From the NCBI GenBank assembly GCA_963827685.1, contig CAWHBU010000007.1, positions 32,001 through 96,000 of the forward strand: 64,000 nt of DNA. Reading direction: 5' to 3'. Under the pieces are notes generated by a model that was not told the origin of the DNA, made no database searches, and saw nothing but the letters and a program-made list of their open reading frames with translations. Shown here one piece after another: positions 58,241 to 64,000 of the stretch. Each line of letters opens with the position of its first letter. Within the stretch, counting starts at the first letter, position 1. This stretch comes from an uncultured delta proteobacterium (GTDB taxonomy: Bacteria; Desulfobacterota; BSN033; UBA1163). A program made the position numbers and the translations under genes.

Positions 58241-59500
58241 TCACACAATCTTCCCTTCCCCTTCTGTCATGATGTAACCGTATATGGTCACATTCCCCTC
58301 CACCAAGACGCCTTTCTTGGCAATAACAGATTTTATCTGGCCCTCCTGGCCCACCTGGACGGCGTTTCCAATCTTGACCTGTCCCTGAGAAAATATATTC
58401 CCTGTGATGGTGCATCCCGCTTCGATCACCACATTCCTCTCCGAAAAGAGATTTCCCTCAACCCGGCTGCCTTCCTCGATAATAATGTCGCGGTACGATT
58501 TAATATTCGCTTTGGCAAAGCTTTTTCCCCTGAAAACAATTCTCTGGTGAGTAACGATGTCATTAGAAATATTCGTCCGGGGTGGTAAGATTATCTCTTC
58601 TTTTGTGATAACAATCGTCGTGTCGGAGATATTCCTTACCTGAATATCAGGTGGAATTTCGGGCAGCTTCGCCCCATACGTCAAAATCGGCAAGCCGAAC
58701 ATCCGGCTGAAGGAGCAGTGGCGTGCCACGGCGAGCCTCATGGGAGAGGCTACGCTCACGCCAAGCCGGCAACCTTCTTTAATCTCTATATCCCTGTCCC
58801 CGTCAACCCAGCGGATGACAGCGGTTCCTTCTCCGATCACGAGATCGCCTTCACAGTAAAGCGCCCTGAGGGTATTTCTGTCTCCGATCTTGCAGGACCC
58901 CCTTACGTAAATCTCTTTCCTGAACTCGGCGTCGCTCCCGGATGCAAAATCTGCAAGCACATAAAGGATTTCATCAATTGTCTTCTGATCGCTTACCCGC
59001 TCCCTCTCGACAACCCGAACCTTTTCTGGCTTTGAGAGCATCAGGGTATATTCACCCGGCTCAGTGATGCGCTTCGTCCCGAGGCCATTTTCGAGTATCT
59101 TTTGGAACGATCTACCAAAATACTTATAATCCTTTGAAAAATTCATATTTAGAGCAAGCGATTTTTCATCTTTGGGCCTGAAAAGCTCTATGAAGCCCGG
59201 GAGAAATGGGATAAGAATGAATACCATCAATACCAGAAGAGTGATCGCGATATATTTGGGGACACCAAGCGAATATGTCCTGCCTGGGGCATCGGTTGTC
59301 TCTTTTGTCGGTACCTCTTGTGCGGTCTTTGTAGCGTCTCCCGGCTGCTCCACATCGGAAATCACGGTACTGGCCTCTTCCTCGACGGGCGTCGTGGTCA
59401 CCTTAACCCACAGAGACGACTCTTGCGCGGAAACCCCACCTGCCGGTGCGAATAGGAATATCGCTGTTACCAGGATAAGAAAATATTTCACAGGCATCAC
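58241..59500 (-). CDS. Membrane-anchored beta-helix (bactofilin/polymer-forming-like) protein
   Basis: Signal or TM segment, Thr/Glu linker, TM, then repeated motifs such as VVIEAGCTITGNIFSQGQVKIG; 4-bp overlap with the GT2 gene. Confidence 0.7.
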   Translation of the reverse strand: MMPVKYFLILVTAIFLFAPAGGVSAQESSLWVKVTTTPVEEEASTVISDVEQPGDATKTAQEVPTKETTDAPGRTYSLGVPKYIAITLLVLMVFILIPFLPGFIELFRPKDEKSLALNMNFSKDYKYFGRSFQKILENGLGTKRITEPGEYTLMLSKPEKVRVVERERVSDQKTIDEILYVLADFASGSDAEFRKEIYVRGSCKIGDRNTLRALYCEGDLVIGEGTAVIRWVDGDRDIEIKEGCRLGVSVASPMRLAVARHCSFSRMFGLPILTYGAKLPEIPPDIQVRNISDTTIVITKEEIILPPRTNISNDIVTHQRIVFRGKSFAKANIKSYRDIIIEEGSRVEGNLFSERNVVIEAGCTITGNIFSQGQVKIGNAVQVGQEGQIKSVIAKKGVLVEGNVTIYGYIMTEGEGKIV

Positions 59501-60759
59501 GCGGGTGACCTCCTGAATCTCTTCGTTTTATGCCATATCACGCGTCGCGCACTGATGACATCAAAGACCGCGTCAAAAAAGCCTTGCGTTGTGTACCAGA
59601 GAGAGAAGAGGAAATTGAAAATAAGAAACGGCAACAGCCGTATCCGCTGCCGGGAGCCGTCGAGAAAGGAGGCAATCCCGATCTGATAAAATGGGGCAAA
59701 GTTGCCGAAGGTGTTACATGTGACGGTAAGAATGATGGGAAGAACTCCTGTGAGGAGGTTGATCTCACCGAGAAAAAAAAGTGCCACGGAATCCGCAATC
59801 CCAAAAAAGAGTATTGCGGGGACCGCATATACCGAAAGGAGTAAGATGCCGTCAATTTTCTCCCTGGGACTAAGAAACTTGGATCTGATAACGGGGATGA
59901 AATAGCGGAACATGACCTGTGTATGCCCCCGGGCCCATCGCCTGATCTGCCTTGACCGGGTCACCCAATTCTCGGGAACTTCTTCGTAACATTCGACCCT
60001 GTTTGCGTAAGCTACCTTCCAGCCGTTTACATAGAGCTTGAAGGTCAATTCCGTATCTTCTGTGACGATTTTTGGGTCGAACCCTCCGCATGCATGAAGA
60101 AGCTTTTTCCTGAAACCGCCAACCGTCCCGCCGTACTGGGCTACCAGCCTGAGATTGTGGCGTGCCTGCTGGTCAACCTGGTAGCCGCCAGATCGTTCCA
60201 GATCGAGAATCCTTGTGAGGAGATTCCGCGATGTGTTAACCGGCACGACCCTCCCCATGGCAGCGCCTACCTCAGGATCATTGAAGCAGACCGCGAGGTC
60301 CTTCAGCACACCTCGCGGGGGAAGGTAGTCCGCGTCGAAGACAAGAATGATTTCCCCCTTCGTGATCCGGATAGCATCGTTTAGAGCATTCTGTTTTCCC
60401 CTATCACCGGTTGTCCTGTGCAAGGGTTTGATGAAAGGGTAACGCCCAGCGTACTCATCGAGGATCTTCCCCGTCCGGTCTTCCGAACGATCATTAATGG
60501 GTATCAATTCGAGCCGGTCCTTTGGGTAGTCTGCGTTAGTGAGGGCGTCGAGGATATGGGAGGCCACCTTTTCTTCGTTGTACATCGGGATGAGGACCGA
60601 TAGGAATGGAAGATCGGAATCGAAGATATCCTGATAATAGAACCGCTGTTCTCCGTAGATGCGGTTCATGGAGAAAATGAAATGCCTCGTGAAGTATACG
60701 GCCATGACAAAAACTACGAAGCCGATGTAAATCTTCAGAATCAATACAACCATTGCCAT
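59497..60759 (-). CDS. Processive GT2 polysaccharide synthase (PgaC/IcaA/cellulose-synthase-like)
   Basis: IPMYNE, INDRSED, FDADY, VTEDTE, QIRRW; N- and C-terminal TM helices. Confidence 0.9.
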   Translation of the reverse strand: MAMVVLILKIYIGFVVFVMAVYFTRHFIFSMNRIYGEQRFYYQDIFDSDLPFLSVLIPMYNEEKVASHILDALTNADYPKDRLELIPINDRSEDRTGKILDEYAGRYPFIKPLHRTTGDRGKQNALNDAIRITKGEIILVFDADYLPPRGVLKDLAVCFNDPEVGAAMGRVVPVNTSRNLLTRILDLERSGGYQVDQQARHNLRLVAQYGGTVGGFRKKLLHACGGFDPKIVTEDTELTFKLYVNGWKVAYANRVECYEEVPENWVTRSRQIRRWARGHTQVMFRYFIPVIRSKFLSPREKIDGILLLSVYAVPAILFFGIADSVALFFLGEINLLTGVLPIILTVTCNTFGNFAPFYQIGIASFLDGSRQRIRLLPFLIFNFLFSLWYTTQGFFDAVFDVISARRVIWHKTKRFRRSPA

Positions 60760-61544
60760 ACATCCATATCGTGCCCGAGCCTCCGTGAAAGAATGCTCAG
60801 GTAAAAAGAATAAAACCCGACAATGAATATCATGTCGAGGAGGAAACCAAAACAGAAGAAAAGAATGGCCATAAAAATGAAGGAGTGAACGTTGATCAGG
60901 TAGAGGAATATGGAATACCTAAAAATATTGAAAGTCGCAGAGAATATTAGCGTGAAAAGTATCATAAATATTTTGGAGAAGACAGAAGACGGGAGCGGAT
61001 AGAGGATGAAACCGTAGACGACGGGGATCAAAAACCAGGTAACCGTTACCGTGACCACATAGGTTGTTGAGAAATCAATCACCTGATAGGGAAATCTATC
61101 CGGAACGATCAGAAAAAAAAGGGCGGAGACAAGATGGATGAGACTCATTAGCGTTAAGGCCACGACAATCGGTTTCGGAGTCTTTGTCTGCGGAATGACG
61201 AAGACGATGAGAAGTACCACGATGAGGTTGATCATCGTAAACCACCTTGCGGGGTAGCTTCCTGGAATGTTGAGAACCGTAATGGGTCTCCAGAGGAATT
61301 CCGTCCAAATCATATTGACATTCTCGAAGGGCACGGAGCGGACGAGTATCTTCTGGGTGGTCCGATTTACCAGATAATTGAGATCAGGGAAAAAAAAGTA
61401 AAGAAGAACTTCAATGAGGATGATAAAGAAAAAGAATGGAATGAGATGTCTCTTTTCGGGAACCGGGATTTTCCGGTACGATCTGTGATAGTAAACCAGC
61501 TCTTTGGCTATCCCGCTCTGTGATTCGTTGTGTCGCCTTGGCAT
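60741..61544 (-). CDS. Multi-pass inner-membrane protein, first gene of the EPS operon
   Basis: About six TM helices; overlaps the GT2 start by 19 bp. Confidence 0.75.
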   Translation of the reverse strand: MPRRHNESQSGIAKELVYYHRSYRKIPVPEKRHLIPFFFFIILIEVLLYFFFPDLNYLVNRTTQKILVRSVPFENVNMIWTEFLWRPITVLNIPGSYPARWFTMINLIVVLLIVFVIPQTKTPKPIVVALTLMSLIHLVSALFFLIVPDRFPYQVIDFSTTYVVTVTVTWFLIPVVYGFILYPLPSSVFSKIFMILFTLIFSATFNIFRYSIFLYLINVHSFIFMAILFFCFGFLLDMIFIVGFYSFYLSILSRRLGHDMDVWQWLY

Positions 61545-61576
61545 TCTTTTCTAAACCCATCCGTGGTTAGCAAGTG

Positions 61577-61706
61577 AAGCTCCCCGCCCATATAAGGGCG
61601 GGGCTTGCGGGGCACCTTCCGGTCACATCCATGTACAGCGTTCTAACATTTTGTCCTCTCACCCTTCCCATCTCCCCGCTGGGGAGAGGGAGGAGGTGAG
61701 GGGGGA
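61577..61706. repeat. Two palindromes (GC hairpin and C/G-run REP)
   Basis: aagctccccgcccatataagggcggggctt; cctctcacccttcccatctccccgctggggagagggaggaggtgaggggg. Confidence 0.65.
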
Positions 61707-61743
61707 ATTTCAAATATCTTTCGTTAGGATTTTTAATAATAAG

Positions 61744-61760
61744 AGCAAAATTAGTACCAA
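61744..61760 (-). promoter_or_regulatory. sigma54 promoter for the EPS operon
   Basis: TTGGTACTAATTTTGCT on the minus strand, about 200 bp upstream of 61544, with an AT-rich tract upstream. Confidence 0.7.
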
Positions 61761-62461
61761 ATTGTGTTGAATATGGGATTATTTAAAAGTTTAATGAATT
61801 CATATAGTTGTTATAATTTTTTAGGTTTTACCATTATAACAAAATTACCATGATGGACAATATTTGACCGCTGGTAAAATAATTCCTGTCAATTCTTTCC
61901 TTGGCAGATTAGTAGAAACCTGGCCATTCAATTAGGAAGAAAAGTTAGGAAGAAAAGGCATGTTGGATTTAAAAAGAATCTTAAAGACTAAATAAAGAAC
62001 CCGTCCACAGGAAGGGGTTTCCAGGTATAATTTAAATAACCCTCTCCAGATTGATAAACCAAAGGTTTTCTCGGAGGCTCTTGTCAGAAATTCAGCTTAC
62101 TTATAACAGAAAAATGTTCTTTGTCAATATGTAAAATAAGCTCGGGAAGGATTATTTTAGTAGTTAACCGTCCGACGAGATGGGAGCTTCTGGTGAAGCG
62201 TCAAAGAGTGAAAAGTGTTGTAAAATCATGTAAACTTCTTCTCTTCTGAGAGTCTAACCTATTAAAAATTATTAGAACAGCTTACCGGGTCGCAACATTG
62301 CAAGCCTGAACCCAAGTTCTGGGTTGCATTTGACCCAATGTCCCCTATTTGGTTATAGGGTATAATTAGGAGGGTTGTCCGGTGCGATGGGAAGGGAAGA
62401 ATGATCACACAAAAAACTATCGGTGTTTTCGCAATGAGATGATCTATAAAAGGAGATTTGC

Positions 62462-63619
62462 ATGAAGGATAGAAAAATCAAGGTCATGATCATCTTCGGG
62501 ACCAGACCAGAGGCCATCAAATTCGCATCCCTCATTGAGCAATTGAAGAGGTCAGAAAGTGATTTCAGGGTAACAGTGTGTGTGACCGGACAGCACATGG
62601 GGATGCTTGATCAGGCACTCAAATTCTTCGAGATCCGTCCAGATTTCGACCTCCAAATTATGAAACCCAACCAGTCCCTTTTCAGTCTAACCGCGGATAG
62701 CTTAAGGGGGATTGAAACCGTATTAAAAAATGATCGTCCTGATTTGGTATTTGTTCAAGGAGACACGACCACTACATTGGTGGGTGCTCTTGCCGGATTT
62801 TACTGTGGTGTCAACGTAGCCCATTTGGAGGCTGGCCTGAGATCTGGCACTAAACTTTCTCCGTTTCCGGAGGAAATCAACAGAAAGTTGGTGGGTCAAA
62901 TCGCCAACTATCACTTCGCTCCTACCATTCGAGCCCTTCTCAACCTCAATAGGGAAGGAATAAACGACAATGTCTGGGTGGTCGGAAACACGGTCGTCGA
63001 TTCCCTGTTCTTATGTTTGGACATCATAAGGAATTCTGATGAACAAGTTTATTACGAGTCTTTCAAGAAGATCGACTTTTCAAAAAAGATTATCCTGGTT
63101 ACCGGACACAGACGGGAGAGCTTTGGAACGCCTTTCGAAAACATCTGTGGCGCTCTGATGGAGATAGCATCTATTTTTAGGGATATTGAGATCGTTTATC
63201 CAGTGCATCTCAACCCAAAGGTGAAGGAAGTGGTCCACAAAATGCTGAGCGGCATCAAGAATATTCATCTCATGGAGCCTCTTGAATATAATTTTTTGGT
63301 CTGGCTGATGGACAATTCATACTTGGTGTTAACCGATTCTGGAGGAATCCAGGAAGAAGCACCTTCGCTTGGGAAACCGGTATTGGTGATGAGAGAGGTC
63401 ACCGAGAGGATCGAAGGGATCGAATCCGGCACGGCCAAATTGGTCGGAACGGACAGAAATAAAATTGTGGACTCAGTTTCTCTGTTACTAAACGATGGCA
63501 GCGAATATAATAAGATGTCGAAGGCGATCAATCCTTATGGTGATGGAAAAGCTTCAAAAAGAATAGTTGAAATCCTTAATCAAATGACATTCTTGGAAAA
63601 AGAGACTGGAGAAAAGTAA
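62462..63619 (+). CDS. wecB: UDP-N-acetylglucosamine 2-epimerase (non-hydrolysing)
   Basis: GTRPEAIK, TGQH, QGDTTT, HLEAGLRS, PFPEE, TGHRRE, TDSGGIQEEAPSLGKP, NPYGDG. Confidence 0.95.
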   Translation: MKDRKIKVMIIFGTRPEAIKFASLIEQLKRSESDFRVTVCVTGQHMGMLDQALKFFEIRPDFDLQIMKPNQSLFSLTADSLRGIETVLKNDRPDLVFVQGDTTTTLVGALAGFYCGVNVAHLEAGLRSGTKLSPFPEEINRKLVGQIANYHFAPTIRALLNLNREGINDNVWVVGNTVVDSLFLCLDIIRNSDEQVYYESFKKIDFSKKIILVTGHRRESFGTPFENICGALMEIASIFRDIEIVYPVHLNPKVKEVVHKMLSGIKNIHLMEPLEYNFLVWLMDNSYLVLTDSGGIQEEAPSLGKPVLVMREVTERIEGIESGTAKLVGTDRNKIVDSVSLLLNDGSEYNKMSKAINPYGDGKASKRIVEILNQMTFLEKETGEK

Positions 63620-63743
63620 AGAAATTGCCCAATAAAAATATTTAAATAGCCGATAGCAGTACTTTCCAAAATAGTGGACTAAATTCGGGGCCAGGCTTAA
63701 CCATTTTTTACATACCCTTTCCCCTTTCCACGCGATTCTTAAA

Positions 63744-63998
63744 TTAATCCGGGTTATTGACGTTAAAAATCTCCTCAATATCTTCATCTCGTGGGCCTTG
63801 ATGGGAGATGGAAGAGAGAACCGTTCTTTTTTCGAAGTTGATGAGATTGGTTGTTACAAACGAGGTCAATCTGAGGATTTCGAACTCACATTCCACCCGG
63901 AGATAATAGATAACATCGTTTATGCTATGGCTCCTCGCGACAAGGTCCTGTGGCATCCCCCGACCGTAGCATATTAAACATTGCATCAGCTCTTCATT
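63744..63998 (-). CDS. Hypothetical protein, possibly 5'-truncated by the window edge
   Basis: Frame stays open to the window end; no recognisable motif. Confidence 0.3.
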   Translation of the reverse strand, partial: NEELMQCLICYGRGMPQDLVARSHSINDVIYYLRVECEFEILRLTSFVTTNLINFEKRTVLSSISHQGPRDEDIEEIFNVNNPD

Positions 63999-64000
63999 GC

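Noticed and set aside
60741-61544. Exosortase-like identity (FNIFRY...H)
   Set aside because: No catalytic Cys motif; the resemblance is too weak.
61760-62460. Riboswitch or ncRNA in the long EPS-wecB intergenic region
   Set aside because: Only short hairpins in AT-rich DNA; no c-di-GMP or other riboswitch consensus recognisable by eye. An Rfam scan would settle it.

Overview
A 64-kb chromosomal window from an anaerobic bacterium; gene content (HdrABC/MvhD, Re-citrate synthase with a Cache domain, split fumarase, sigma54 systems) suggests Desulfobacterota/Syntrophia-like, which is an inference. Left to right: (1) a minus-strand redox/TCA cluster (fdhB-like partial, mvhD, two hdrC-hdrB-hdrA modules, one with split and one with fused HdrA, menA-like, fumarase alpha/beta, mdh, LacI regulator with two operators, acyl-CoA ligase, Re-citrate synthase, aspS); (2) a 2.5-kb AT-richer islet with three tiny nuclease-like genes divergent from an XRE repressor, then a short ORF colliding with an inverted hsdR fragment; (3) rlmI-like, kamA and two Ddl-like ATP-grasp genes interleaved with two mirror-image sigma54 two-component systems, each followed by a small exported protein ending APKK, plus an orphan degenerate TatC; (4) GGDEF, DedA, thrC, an IS630 element, hom, alaC, recG; (5) DUF3300/DUF2950, GNAT-DUF4922 with a GT2, and a lone integron-type cassette with attC; (6) a synthase-type exopolysaccharide operon behind a sigma54 promoter (GT2, beta-helix protein, deacetylase, YaiO-like barrel) with divergent wecB. 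Many intergenic gaps hold hairpins built from 6-9-bp tandem units, REP-like palindromes and MITEs, into which 20-34-bp CCTGC...GCAGG palindromes have inserted precisely, up to three deep. No rRNA, tRNA or CRISPR array was seen. All family calls come from motif recognition by eye, with no database searches.
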